Below are positions 46,424 through 56,186 of a stretch of 64,000 bases of DNA, in pieces. The position numbers and the translations under genes are program-made. Positions within the stretch are counted from its first letter, which is position 1. Every line of letters starts with the position of its first letter. Under the pieces are notes generated by a model that did no database searches, was not told where the DNA came from, and worked only from the letters and a program-made list of their open reading frames with translations. The stretch is from Gemmatimonadales bacterium (lineage in GTDB: Bacteria; Gemmatimonadota; Gemmatimonadetes; Gemmatimonadales; GWC2-71-9). Location of the stretch: assembly GCA_039794085.1 (NCBI GenBank), contig JBDIWC010000001.1:96678-160677 (forward strand), read 5' to 3'.

Positions 46424-49400
46424 GTGTTCCTCGCCGACAACGCCATCCGGCGACCGGTCCTGACCATCGTGGCCATGGTGTCGCTCGTCGGGTTCGGCTT
46501 CTTCTCGCTGATCACCCTCCGCACCGACGAGTTCCCCGATGTCGCTCCTCCCTACGTCACCGTGGGCCTGGTCTATCCGGGAGGTGCCCCCGACGTGGTC
46601 GAGACCGAAGTGCTCGACATCGCCGAGGAGGCGATCGCGGGAATCTCCGGCGTCAAGAAGGTCATTGGAAAGGCGGAAGACGGATTCGCCTCGATCCAGG
46701 TGGAGTTCGAATTCGCCAAGTCGGTGAGCGAGGCCACCCAGGACATCCGGGATGCGCTCTCCGAAGTGCGCAATGAGTTTCCACCCGAGATGGAAGAGCC
46801 GATCATCCGCAAGCTCAACGATACCGATCGGCCGATCGTGTCCCTCGCCCTGTCCTCCACGGTCCTCGGGCCTCGCGAGCTGACCCGCATCGCCGATCCC
46901 GGGATCACCCGGGAACTGCGTTCCCTCCCCGGGGTCGCCGAGGTGCTGGTGTCGGGACAGCAGGAGCGGGAGATGACCGTGGAACTCTTCCCCGACGCGC
47001 TCCAAAGCGCCGGGGTGAGCGTGGCGCAGGTGGTGCAGGCGCTGGAAGCGCAGAACCTGGCGGCCCCGGTGGGCCGGATCGACGGTGCCCTGGACGAGCG
47101 CTCGATTCGGCTGCAGGGGCGCCTCCGCACCCCGGACGAGTTCGAATCCCTCGTCGTGGCGTCGCGCGGGGGAACGTTGATTCGCCTCGGCGACCTGGGG
47201 CGCGCCCGGGACGGCGCCGAGGAGCCTCGATCCCTCGCCCTGTTCAACGACCGGGAGGCGATCGGGATCGACGTCAAGAAGTCCAAGGGCTACAGCACCA
47301 CCGCCGTGGCGGACCTGATCCTGGAGCGCCTCGACGTGGTGCGCTCGGGCCTGCCCGCCAACGTGGAGCTGAACCTGGTCCGGAACGCGGGCGACCGGGT
47401 GGCGGCGTCGGTGGCCAACGTGCAGAAGGCCCTCCTGGAGGGAGCCATTCTGACCGTTCTCGTGGTCTTCCTCTTCCTGAACAGTTGGCGCTCGACGGTG
47501 ATCACCGGGCTGGCCCTCCCGGTGTCGGTGCTCGCCTCGTTCATCGCCGTCTGGGTGTTCGGCTTCACCCTCAACACCATGTCCTTGCTGGGGCTCTCCC
47601 TCGCCATCGGCATCCTGATCGACGACGCGATCGTGGTGCGCGAGAACATCGTCCGGCATGTGGCGATGGGAAAGGACCATCGCACCGCGTCGCACGACGG
47701 CACCGACGAAATCGGTCTCGCCGTCACCGCCACGACCTTCTCCATCCTGGCCGTCTTCATCCCGATCGCCTTTCTTCCGGGGGTCGGGGGCCAGTGGTTC
47801 AAGCCTTTCGCCCTGACGATCGCGGTGTCGGTACTCGTCTCCCTGCTCGTCTCCTTCTCGCTCGATCCGATGCTCTCCGCCTACTGGCCCGATCCGCACC
47901 TTCCGATGGAGAAACGGTCCTGGATCTCGCGCCGCCTCGACCATTTCAACGTCTGGTTCGATCACCAGGCGGGGCGCTACCGTCGTGTGATCGCCTGGGC
48001 GCTGGATCACCGGGTGGCGGTCGTCTCCCTGTCGCTGGCCTCCTTCGCCCTCGCCCTGGCCCTGCCGGCCTTCCGTCTGGTGGGCGTCGGCTTCATGCCC
48101 CTCGACGACCGGGCGGAGGTGAACGTGCAGATCGAAACTCCGCCCGGGTCCAACCTCGCCTACACGCGCCGGCAGGCCGAGGCGGCCGCGGCGATCATGC
48201 GGTCACGACCGGAGGTGCTGTACACCTACACCACCCTGGGCGGGGGAATCTCCGAGGCGGTCGATGAGGGAAACATCTTCGTGCGACTCACGCCGAAGGA
48301 TGAGCGCTCTCTGTCCGCCGAAGACTTTGCCGCGTGGGTGCGGAGGGAAGCGGCGGCGATCCCCGGAGCAACGCTCGCAGTCTATACCAACGATTTCGGG
48401 GGTCGCCGGAAGCAGCTGCAACTCGAGGTGCGCGGGACCGATCTCGCCGCCCTCTCCTCCCTCGCCGAGCAGATCCGGGCGGAGGCCGCTCAGGTGCCGG
48501 GGGTGGTGGACCTGGCCCTCTCCTCCAAGGGGCAGAAACCTGAACTGACCGTGGTGCTCAACCGCGGTCTGGCCGGCACCCTGGGCATCACCGCGGGACA
48601 GGTGGCCCAATCGCTCCGCCCCGCCTTTGCGGGCATCGACGCCGGCGACTGGATCGACCCGTCCGGTGAATCCCGTGACGTGATGGTCCGTCTCGCCCCC
48701 GAGGCCCGGCGGCGAGCCCGGGACCTGGCCCAGATTCCTCTCGTCCTCCCCACCTCTCCCGCCGGCGCCACGGGCCAGGCGCCGGTCACCATCCCGCTCG
48801 GCCAGATCGCCGAGATCACCGAGGGTCTCGGCCCCGCGGTCATCGATCACCTGAACCGCGATCTGGTGGTCATTGTCGGATGGAACGCCTCGGGGCGGCC
48901 CACCGACCCCGTCATGGAGGACGTGCAGGCGCGCGTCGCCGGACTGGCCCTGCCGGCCGGAGTGACCGTCTCCGTTGGGGGCGATGCCGAGCAGCAGGCG
49001 GAGGTGTTCGGCAGCATATTCCTGGCTCTCGGCGTGGCCGCGATGCTGATGTACCTGATCCTGGCCATGCAGTTCGGATCGTTCCTCGATCCCTTCGCGA
49101 TCATGCTCTCCCTGCCGCTGTCGATGATCGGGGTAATGCTGAGCCTCGCGATCACCGGCCTCACGATCAACATCATGAGCCTGATCGGTGTCATCCTGCT
49201 CATGGGGATCGTGGCCAAGAACGCCATTCTCCTCATCGACTTTGCCAAGTGGGCCCATGAGCGGGATGGTCTCCCGCTTCGGGAGGCCCTGATCGAGGCG
49301 GGCGCCATCCGCCTCCGGCCGATCCTCATGACCACGTTTGCCCTGATTGCCGGCATGATCCCGATCGCCCTGGGAAGCGGCGAGGGGGCCCAGTTCCGTT

Positions 49401-49582
49401 CGCCCCTCGGAGTTGCGGTGATCGGCGGTGTCATCACCTCGACACTGCTGACCCTCGTGGCCATCCCGACGTTCTACGAGATTCTGAGCCAATGGCGGGA
49501 GGCCTGCCTCGCCATGGCACGGCGCCTCGGAGCGGCGGATCCTCCCGCCGTCGTGGGCACAGAACCCGCCGACGCCGGATAG
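46424..49582 (+). CDS. RND efflux permease (AcrB/AcrD/AcrF family)
   Basis: IRRPV, GILIDDAIVVRENI, KNAILLIDF, RLRPILMTT. Confidence 0.95.
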   Translation: MFLADNAIRRPVLTIVAMVSLVGFGFFSLITLRTDEFPDVAPPYVTVGLVYPGGAPDVVETEVLDIAEEAIAGISGVKKVIGKAEDGFASIQVEFEFAKSVSEATQDIRDALSEVRNEFPPEMEEPIIRKLNDTDRPIVSLALSSTVLGPRELTRIADPGITRELRSLPGVAEVLVSGQQEREMTVELFPDALQSAGVSVAQVVQALEAQNLAAPVGRIDGALDERSIRLQGRLRTPDEFESLVVASRGGTLIRLGDLGRARDGAEEPRSLALFNDREAIGIDVKKSKGYSTTAVADLILERLDVVRSGLPANVELNLVRNAGDRVAASVANVQKALLEGAILTVLVVFLFLNSWRSTVITGLALPVSVLASFIAVWVFGFTLNTMSLLGLSLAIGILIDDAIVVRENIVRHVAMGKDHRTASHDGTDEIGLAVTATTFSILAVFIPIAFLPGVGGQWFKPFALTIAVSVLVSLLVSFSLDPMLSAYWPDPHLPMEKRSWISRRLDHFNVWFDHQAGRYRRVIAWALDHRVAVVSLSLASFALALALPAFRLVGVGFMPLDDRAEVNVQIETPPGSNLAYTRRQAEAAAAIMRSRPEVLYTYTTLGGGISEAVDEGNIFVRLTPKDERSLSAEDFAAWVRREAAAIPGATLAVYTNDFGGRRKQLQLEVRGTDLAALSSLAEQIRAEAAQVPGVVDLALSSKGQKPELTVVLNRGLAGTLGITAGQVAQSLRPAFAGIDAGDWIDPSGESRDVMVRLAPEARRRARDLAQIPLVLPTSPAGATGQAPVTIPLGQIAEITEGLGPAVIDHLNRDLVVIVGWNASGRPTDPVMEDVQARVAGLALPAGVTVSVGGDAEQQAEVFGSIFLALGVAAMLMYLILAMQFGSFLDPFAIMLSLPLSMIGVMLSLAITGLTINIMSLIGVILLMGIVAKNAILLIDFAKWAHERDGLPLREALIEAGAIRLRPILMTTFALIAGMIPIALGSGEGAQFRSPLGVAVIGGVITSTLLTLVAIPTFYEILSQWREACLAMARRLGAADPPAVVGTEPADAG

Positions 49583-49633
49583 CTCATCATCTCCCCTCGA
49601 CGCGACCCCGGTGGAACGGCGTTATCTTCCGCT

Positions 49634-51559
49634 GTGCCCAACACCCCCCCACCCCGTGCAGCATCTCCTCCCGCCGCCGAGGCGGCCGGCATGACCCCAC
49701 CCCCGGTTCTCACCACGGCCAAGCGGTCCCTCTCTCTGTCGGCCGTCTGGCGCGAGGCCCGCGAGCTGATCTGGACCTACCGTCGGCGGCTCGCCCTCGG
49801 CATGGCGCTCATGGTGGTGAGCCGTCTCGCAGGGCTCGTGATGCCGTTCAGTTCGAAGTACTTGATTGACGACGTGGTGGGTATGGGACGGGAACATCTT
49901 CTCCTTCCCATCGCCCTGGCCGTCATGGTCGCCACCGTCATCCAGGCGGTTACGTCCTTCTCGCTGTCCCGGATACTCGGCGTCGCGGCCCAGCGCGCCG
50001 TGACCGACATGCGCCGCCGGGTGGAGGCCCACGTCGTCCGGCTACCCATCCGGACCTTCGACGCTACGCAGACCGGGATCCTCATCTCGCGCATCATGAC
50101 CGACGCCGAGGGGATCCGGAACCTGGTCGGAACCGGTCTGGCACAGCTCACGGGCGGGTTGCTCACGGCGGCGATCGCGGTCGGGGTGCTCTTCTACCTG
50201 AACTGGCAACTAACGCTGTTCACATTCCTCCTGCTCGCCCTGTTCGGCGGGGGGATGGCCTTTGCCTTCACACGGCTCCGGCCGATCTTCCGGGAGCGGA
50301 GCAAGCTCCAGGCAGCCGTGACCGGACGGCTGGCTGAATCCCTCGGTGGCATCCGGATCGTGAAATCCTATGTGGCCGAGCGTCGCGAGGACCTGATCTT
50401 TGCGAAGGGGGTTCACCAGCTCTTCCGAAATATCGCCACCTCAATCATCGGCGTGGCCGGACTCGGGGCCCTGTCGGTGGTGGTGGTGGGGGCCATCGGC
50501 ACCGTGATGATCCTGGTGGGGGGACGCGCCATCCTCGACGGGTCCATGACCCTGGGCGACTTCGTGACCTATGTCTTCTTCACCGGGTTGATGGCGGCAC
50601 CGCTCGTCCAGATCGCCTCGATCGGCACCCAGATCTCCGAGGCCTTTGCCGGTCTCGACCGGATCCGTGACCTGCTGAGCCTGCCGACCGAGGACGATGA
50701 GGACGCCTCGCGCGGCCCGGTCCCCGACCTGGCGGGTGCAGTGGGGTTCGAGCACGTCTCCTTCGCGTACACCCCGGGAGTTCCGGTGCTGAGGGACATC
50801 ACGTTCGAAGCCCCCGCGGGATCCACCACCGCGCTCGTGGGATCGAGCGGCTCGGGCAAGAGCACCCTGCTCAGCCTCATCACCGCCTTCAACCGTCCGG
50901 ACACCGGGCAGGTGAGAGTCGACGGTCACGACATCGCCGCCCTCCGACTCCGGGACTACCGGAGCCATCTCGGGATCGTATTGCAGGACAATTTCCTTTT
51001 CGATGGAACCGTGGCCGACAACATCCGGTTCTCCCGGCCCGACGCCACGCGGGACGAGGTGATCCGGGTGAGCCGGATCGCCCATTGTGATGAGTTCATC
51101 CGGGACTTCCCCGATGGGTATGATACGGTGGTGGGTGAACGCGGCGTGCGTCTCTCCGGGGGGCAGCGCCAGCGCGTCGCCATCGCGCGGGCCATCCTGG
51201 CCGATCCCGCCATTCTCCTCCTCGACGAGGCCACCTCCAGCTTGGACAGCGAGAGCGAGGCCCTGATTCAGGACGGTCTGCAGGCACTCCGCGCGGGACG
51301 GACCACCTTCGTGATCGCCCACCGGCTCTCCACCATCATGAGCGCGGACCAGATCCTGGTGCTGGAGGAGGGGGCGATCGTGGAGAGGGGGACGCATGAG
51401 GAGCTGCTGGCCCTGGACGGCCGGTACCGCGAACTCTACGATCGCCAGTTCCGGATCGAACGCAACCGGTTCATCAACCCCGGGGAGGATTTCACCCCCG
51501 AGCTTCCCATCCCGGTCCCGAGCGGGTCGCCCCGGGGGCGAGGACCCGGCGCCGACTGA
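49634..51559 (+). CDS. ABC exporter, fused permease/ATPase
   Basis: GSSGSGKST, LSGGQRQR, LLLDEATSSLD, IAHRLST. Confidence 0.95.
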   Translation: MPNTPPPRAASPPAAEAAGMTPPPVLTTAKRSLSLSAVWREARELIWTYRRRLALGMALMVVSRLAGLVMPFSSKYLIDDVVGMGREHLLLPIALAVMVATVIQAVTSFSLSRILGVAAQRAVTDMRRRVEAHVVRLPIRTFDATQTGILISRIMTDAEGIRNLVGTGLAQLTGGLLTAAIAVGVLFYLNWQLTLFTFLLLALFGGGMAFAFTRLRPIFRERSKLQAAVTGRLAESLGGIRIVKSYVAERREDLIFAKGVHQLFRNIATSIIGVAGLGALSVVVVGAIGTVMILVGGRAILDGSMTLGDFVTYVFFTGLMAAPLVQIASIGTQISEAFAGLDRIRDLLSLPTEDDEDASRGPVPDLAGAVGFEHVSFAYTPGVPVLRDITFEAPAGSTTALVGSSGSGKSTLLSLITAFNRPDTGQVRVDGHDIAALRLRDYRSHLGIVLQDNFLFDGTVADNIRFSRPDATRDEVIRVSRIAHCDEFIRDFPDGYDTVVGERGVRLSGGQRQRVAIARAILADPAILLLDEATSSLDSESEALIQDGLQALRAGRTTFVIAHRLSTIMSADQILVLEEGAIVERGTHEELLALDGRYRELYDRQFRIERNRFINPGEDFTPELPIPVPSGSPRGRGPGAD

Positions 51560-51583
51560 CGGCCGCGGACCGACCGGTTGTGC

Positions 51584-52075
51584 TCAGGAGTCGCGCGGGG
51601 CCGGTGCATCCTGAACCGGGACGGGGGAACGATCAGTGGTTGCGTGATGCTCCACCATCCGCCACCGACCCTGCATCCGGCGCCACTGCGTGACGTACCG
51701 CCCCACGTCGTGGAGAACCAGACCTCCGGGTGGGGCAAACTCCATCAGGTATCGCCCGCGTTCCAGGGCCAGGGTATCCTGGATGTCGAGGGATTCCATG
51801 GTCAGTTCCACCCGCGCCCCCAGGCTCTCCAATCCGCGCACCCGTTTGCGGATCTCCTCGGTGCCGCTGATCGTCGGGTTGGCGGGCGCGATCCACCGTC
51901 CATCGGGGGCGAAGAGCGCAGCCACGGAATCGGCCTGGCCGGTGCTGTACCAGTAGCTGAACCACCCCGACGAGCGGACGATCGCCTCCCGGTCCTTTCC
52001 GGATCCACAGGCACTGGCCAGGAGCACCAGGGCGACAATCCCTTTCAGGTACGTGAGCCCGGGACCATCCCGCAT
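51584..52075 (-). CDS. NTF2-like (DUF4440/SnoaL) lipoprotein
   Basis: Lipobox ASAC; VAALFAPD, ALERGRY, GRYVTQWRR..G.WR. Confidence 0.8.
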   Translation of the reverse strand: MRDGPGLTYLKGIVALVLLASACGSGKDREAIVRSSGWFSYWYSTGQADSVAALFAPDGRWIAPANPTISGTEEIRKRVRGLESLGARVELTMESLDIQDTLALERGRYLMEFAPPGGLVLHDVGRYVTQWRRMQGRWRMVEHHATTDRSPVPVQDAPAPRDS

Positions 52076-52482
52076 CAGCGGCGCACCGTCACAGCCCGGC
52101 CCGCCGGATCGAGCAGGGCAAAGGTGGCCCCGTCGGCCACCTGCTCGATCACCACGCTGTAGTCCCCGGCCGCACCGACATCAGGCACTCGAATCCGGGC
52201 GATATCCCCGTTCACCAGGGTTCCGGTCACGACCGCCCGGAACTGGGCGCCCCCGGCCACCAGAGTCCCCTCCGCGGTGAGCGCTCCCCCGGGCGTGATT
52301 CCCTCCACGGGCCCCCCGCTGATTCGGAGCAGCACCGCTCCATCCGTGGAGCCGCTCCCGGACAGAACCAGGGTGATCTCACCGGCAAGGGCCGGTGGAG
52401 GGCCGGTCCGGGTGTCATCACCCCCGCAGCCGGTCACACTGGCAATCAGGCCCAGGGCCATCAACCGCCACGCGGATCTCAT
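52075..52482 (-). CDS. Small all-beta lipoprotein, cohesin-like (hypothesis)
   Basis: Lipobox VTGC; alternating beta-strand pattern; ATGA overlap with the M6 protease. Confidence 0.7.
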   Translation of the reverse strand: MRSAWRLMALGLIASVTGCGGDDTRTGPPPALAGEITLVLSGSGSTDGAVLLRISGGPVEGITPGGALTAEGTLVAGGAQFRAVVTGTLVNGDIARIRVPDVGAAGDYSVVIEQVADGATFALLDPAGRAVTVRR

Positions 52483-54755
52483 CGGCCCCCTCGCGGAGGA
52501 TCGCTTGGGGGGGGGACCGTGGGGGTCGCAGTCACGCCTCGTCTCACCAGAGCCAGGTAGTCACCCAGGTCAAACGCACCATTGCGATTGCCCAGGAGGT
52601 CGAGGAAGGCACTTTGGGCCTCGGAGAGCGTGGAGCCCCCGAGCACGGCCTGGAGGGCATCGGCCGCTGTGACAACCACCGTGGGCGTGAACGTCGCCAC
52701 CAGGTCGAATGGACGGCTCACGGCCAGGGTCAGGACCGGCGCGATCGCGGTCGTGTCGCCGGTCCAGCCCGCAAAGGTCATCCCCGCCGCCGGACTGGCC
52801 GTCAGGGTGAGGGGTGCACCCTCCGGAAGAAAGGACCCCGATTGCAGGGAGCCCTCGGCACTGGCGACCACAGCACCGCTGCCCAGCCCGGAGAGCGTGA
52901 CCTTGACCCGATGATCGAGGGCGAAACGGGCCAGCACCGTGTCGGGCGGACCACTGCGCGAGATCACGGTGTGGTTCCGAGGTTGTCCGTTGGTCCATTC
53001 GAGAAACCGGGCGATGCTCCGCCCATTGTTGAAGGACACGATCGAATCGGACTCGAGAGTCACCGTGTCGCCCGGAGGGACGAGGTCTTCCAGAAGGAAC
53101 CGGCTCAGCCCGTTCACCCGGACTGTCGGGCCGTTCCGCTCCACTCCGAATCGGGAAGGGGCACGGCGGGTGAACCGGAACCGTATGTCCTGACCGGGGA
53201 GGCGTTCGATCTGATCCACAATGAAGCCGAGAAACCGGCCATCATCCCCGCGAGCGGAAGGGAGCGTGGTGAGGGTGAGCCGATTGCGGCCGCCGAGAAA
53301 CGGATAGCTGTCCCCCTGGTCCCCGCGATTGACGCGCCGCCGGAGATCGTCCCGGCCGTCGGCCTGGAGCAGGACCAGACCATTCGGCTGGGCCGAGTTG
53401 ATCGTGGCGAGCCGGCTGGAGACCACGTTCTGATTCACGCGCCAGAGAAGAAGTCCCGGGGCCTTGGCCTTGGCGAAGGCTGGATTCATTTGTGCGGTGT
53501 CGCTCTGGACAGCCTGACGATTCTCGATCAGCAGGTGCGTCGAGGGATCCTCGGTGGACTCGGCGAGGAAGATGGTGTCGGTGAGTTGTCTCGGGCCCGT
53601 AATGATCACCCGATCCTCGGTCAGAGGGGCCACCGTGATCCAGCCGAGCTGCATCAGGGACCACGCTTCGTAGGTTGCGGGGCTGTGGGGAAGCGCAAAG
53701 TTGCCGCTCCCCATCAATCCCCATTCACCGATGCCGCTCGTGGCCAGCGTCAGATCGTACAGATCGGGCAATCCAAAGGCGTGCCCCGTTTCGTGCGCTA
53801 TCGTCCCGACCGGGAGGATGTCCTCGCCGCTGCAGGCGGTATCTCCACCGAGCTGGCTCTGAATCGTGTAGTCCTGGATCTCGAGGAAGGCGCCCGGGAT
53901 GGCCTGGCCCGCGCTGTTCCGGCGAGGCGTTCGGGTCACATAGGCGGGCCCGCCGGTCAAGCCGGACAGCACCCAGCGGTGGGACCAGATTCCCGTCGCC
54001 CCCTGTCGACACTCCCCCCCGACGTTCGGCTGGAGGAAGGTCACGAAGTCCACGCGTCCGTCGTCATCCCCGGAATTGGGAATGCCGTCGGGTCCGTCGT
54101 TGTCGAACCGGTTCCAGAGGGTGTCACCCCCGGGGGCATTGGAGAGCTTGTCCAGAACCGACGTGAGCAGGAGTCCGAGCCGGTTGACGGGACGCACCGG
54201 GCAGGTCGTTCCTCCGGTCACGCTGATACCGTTGCACCCATCCTCATAGAAGAAAGCGGTGCTGTCCGCCGTGACGGGTGAAAAGACGCTGCCATTGAGG
54301 GTGATTCTCCCTCCCGAGAGTTCCTCGTAGAAGGTCTTCAACGAGTAGGCGCGCCCCATCGGTTGCGGGGAAAAGAGGACGTCGGTGAACTGGGCGGGAG
54401 TGAACCGGACCGACACGTCAGAGTAGCCGATCAGGACGACCGGCACGAAGAAGGGTCCCGCAACCACCGTGGCCGAGCCGACCAGCGGGACGACCCTCTG
54501 AAAAAGGAGCCGGGGATCGGTGTTGAGACTCGGATAGTCCCGCGCGCGCAGCAGGGATTCCCGGCGGAGACGTACCGCCTCGGCCCGGCGCCGCCACGCA
54601 CCATCGGGCCCGAAATCGAGTCCGGGTATCTCATGGCGAACGGGCTCCTGCCCCTCCAGGGGAGCCACGGCGAATGGGGCAGTCCCCCCGACTGCCATGG
54701 CGACAACGAGGGCAACCACGGTGTACCACGGGGAGAACCGGAAGCGTCTGGGCAT
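52479..54755 (-). CDS. M6 family (immune inhibitor A-like) metalloprotease with C-terminal beta-repeat and dockerin-like tail
   Basis: Start 54755 with signal peptide; DNDGPDG.PNSGDDDG.VD; IWSHRW; HETGHAFGLPDLYD; LIENRQ; F.GWTGD. Confidence 0.9.
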   Translation of the reverse strand: MPRRFRFSPWYTVVALVVAMAVGGTAPFAVAPLEGQEPVRHEIPGLDFGPDGAWRRRAEAVRLRRESLLRARDYPSLNTDPRLLFQRVVPLVGSATVVAGPFFVPVVLIGYSDVSVRFTPAQFTDVLFSPQPMGRAYSLKTFYEELSGGRITLNGSVFSPVTADSTAFFYEDGCNGISVTGGTTCPVRPVNRLGLLLTSVLDKLSNAPGGDTLWNRFDNDGPDGIPNSGDDDGRVDFVTFLQPNVGGECRQGATGIWSHRWVLSGLTGGPAYVTRTPRRNSAGQAIPGAFLEIQDYTIQSQLGGDTACSGEDILPVGTIAHETGHAFGLPDLYDLTLATSGIGEWGLMGSGNFALPHSPATYEAWSLMQLGWITVAPLTEDRVIITGPRQLTDTIFLAESTEDPSTHLLIENRQAVQSDTAQMNPAFAKAKAPGLLLWRVNQNVVSSRLATINSAQPNGLVLLQADGRDDLRRRVNRGDQGDSYPFLGGRNRLTLTTLPSARGDDGRFLGFIVDQIERLPGQDIRFRFTRRAPSRFGVERNGPTVRVNGLSRFLLEDLVPPGDTVTLESDSIVSFNNGRSIARFLEWTNGQPRNHTVISRSGPPDTVLARFALDHRVKVTLSGLGSGAVVASAEGSLQSGSFLPEGAPLTLTASPAAGMTFAGWTGDTTAIAPVLTLAVSRPFDLVATFTPTVVVTAADALQAVLGGSTLSEAQSAFLDLLGNRNGAFDLGDYLALVRRGVTATPTVPPPSDPPRGGR

Positions 54756-54977
54756 CGTCCTAATGCTAATGGCTGAGACTTCCTGGCGGGAGGACCTGGG
54801 CGATTGGCGGTGAAAGTCTTTGGGGCGCAACATCTTGCCAGTCTTGTCCGAACGGCGACTCGCACCTGACTTACCGGAAAAACGCTTGTCGAACCGGATC
54901 GAAACGATTAAATATAGGCCGTTCCCCACCAGGGCGTTGGGACGTGTTCCTCGCCCGCTCCTTCGCATCGAGGGCCT

Positions 54978-56186
54978 GTGGCTCAGATCACTGCTCAAGA
55001 CGTGGCACTGTTCGCCAAGTGCTCGCAGTTCACCCGCGCCGATGAGATCAAGACGGCGGGCCTCTATCCATTTTTCAAGCCCATCACGGAATCCGAGGAC
55101 ACCACCGCAGTGGTGATCGAGGGGACCAAGCGGATCATGATGGGCTCGAACAACTACCTTGGACTGACCCATCACCCCAAGGTGATAGAGGCTGCCGAGG
55201 CGGCGCTTCGCCGGTACGGGTCGGGCTGCACCGGGAGCCGGTTCATGAACGGCACGCTCGATCTGCACGAGCGCCTGGAACGGGCCCTTGCCGAGTTCCT
55301 CGGCAAGGAGGACTGCATGGTCTTCTCCACCGGGTATTCGGCCAACTTGGGCATGATCTCCGGTCTGGTGGGCCGCGGCGAAGCGGTCTACCTCGACAAG
55401 CTGGACCATGCCTGCATCGTGGATGGCGCGAAACTCTCCTACGGGGAAACCTACCGCTTCAACCATGGGGACCTCGACGGCCTCCGGCGCCTGCTCGACC
55501 GGAAAAGTTCGGCCCAGGGCGCCTTGGTGGTGGTCGACGGGGTCTACTCGATGGAGGGCGACATCGCGGACCTTCCCGAGCTGTCGCGGATCTGTCACCG
55601 GTACGGGGCGGCCCTGGCCGTGGACGACGCCCACTCGCTCGGAGTGCTCGGCCCGCGCGGCGACGGGACCGCGGCCCATTTCGGTCTCCAGGACGAGGTC
55701 GACATCATCGCCGGTACTTTCTCCAAATCCCTGGCCTCGGTGGGTGGTTTCGTGGCCGCACGGGAGCGGGTGATCAACTTCCTCCGGCACCATAGCCGTC
55801 CCTTCATCTTCACCGCGTCGCTCCCCCCCTCGAGCACGGCGGGCGTGTTGGCGGCGCTCCAGGTCCTCCAGGCGGAGCCGGAACGACGGGTTCGCCTCTG
55901 GGAAAACACCCGGCGCCTGCACGAGGGATTCCGGAGCCTGGGCTTCGATATCGGTCCGACGGAAACCCCGATCGTCCCGGTCGTCATCGGTCCCCTCGAC
56001 ACCACCATGCTGATGTGGCGGAAGGTTTTCGATGCCGGCGTGTTCACTAACCCGGTGGTGCCACCGGCGGTGCCAGCCACGCAATGCCGGCTCCGGACCT
56101 CCCTGATGGCCACCCACACGACCGACCAGATCGATCAGGTGCTGGAGGTCTTCGGTCGGATCGGTCGGGAGCTGGGGGTCATCTGA
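54978..56186 (+). CDS. spt: Alpha-oxoamine synthase, probable serine palmitoyltransferase
   Basis: GSNNYLGL, GCTGSRFMNGT, DDAHSLG, GTFSKS (PLP Lys); operon context. Confidence 0.8.
   Translation: MAQITAQDVALFAKCSQFTRADEIKTAGLYPFFKPITESEDTTAVVIEGTKRIMMGSNNYLGLTHHPKVIEAAEAALRRYGSGCTGSRFMNGTLDLHERLERALAEFLGKEDCMVFSTGYSANLGMISGLVGRGEAVYLDKLDHACIVDGAKLSYGETYRFNHGDLDGLRRLLDRKSSAQGALVVVDGVYSMEGDIADLPELSRICHRYGAALAVDDAHSLGVLGPRGDGTAAHFGLQDEVDIIAGTFSKSLASVGGFVAARERVINFLRHHSRPFIFTASLPPSSTAGVLAALQVLQAEPERRVRLWENTRRLHEGFRSLGFDIGPTETPIVPVVIGPLDTTMLMWRKVFDAGVFTNPVVPPAVPATQCRLRTSLMATHTTDQIDQVLEVFGRIGRELGVI

Noticed and set aside
54756..56117. N-terminal 454 aa of the 1212-aa ORF
   Set aside because: Mostly antisense shadow of spt; the protease has its own ATG and signal peptide at 54755.
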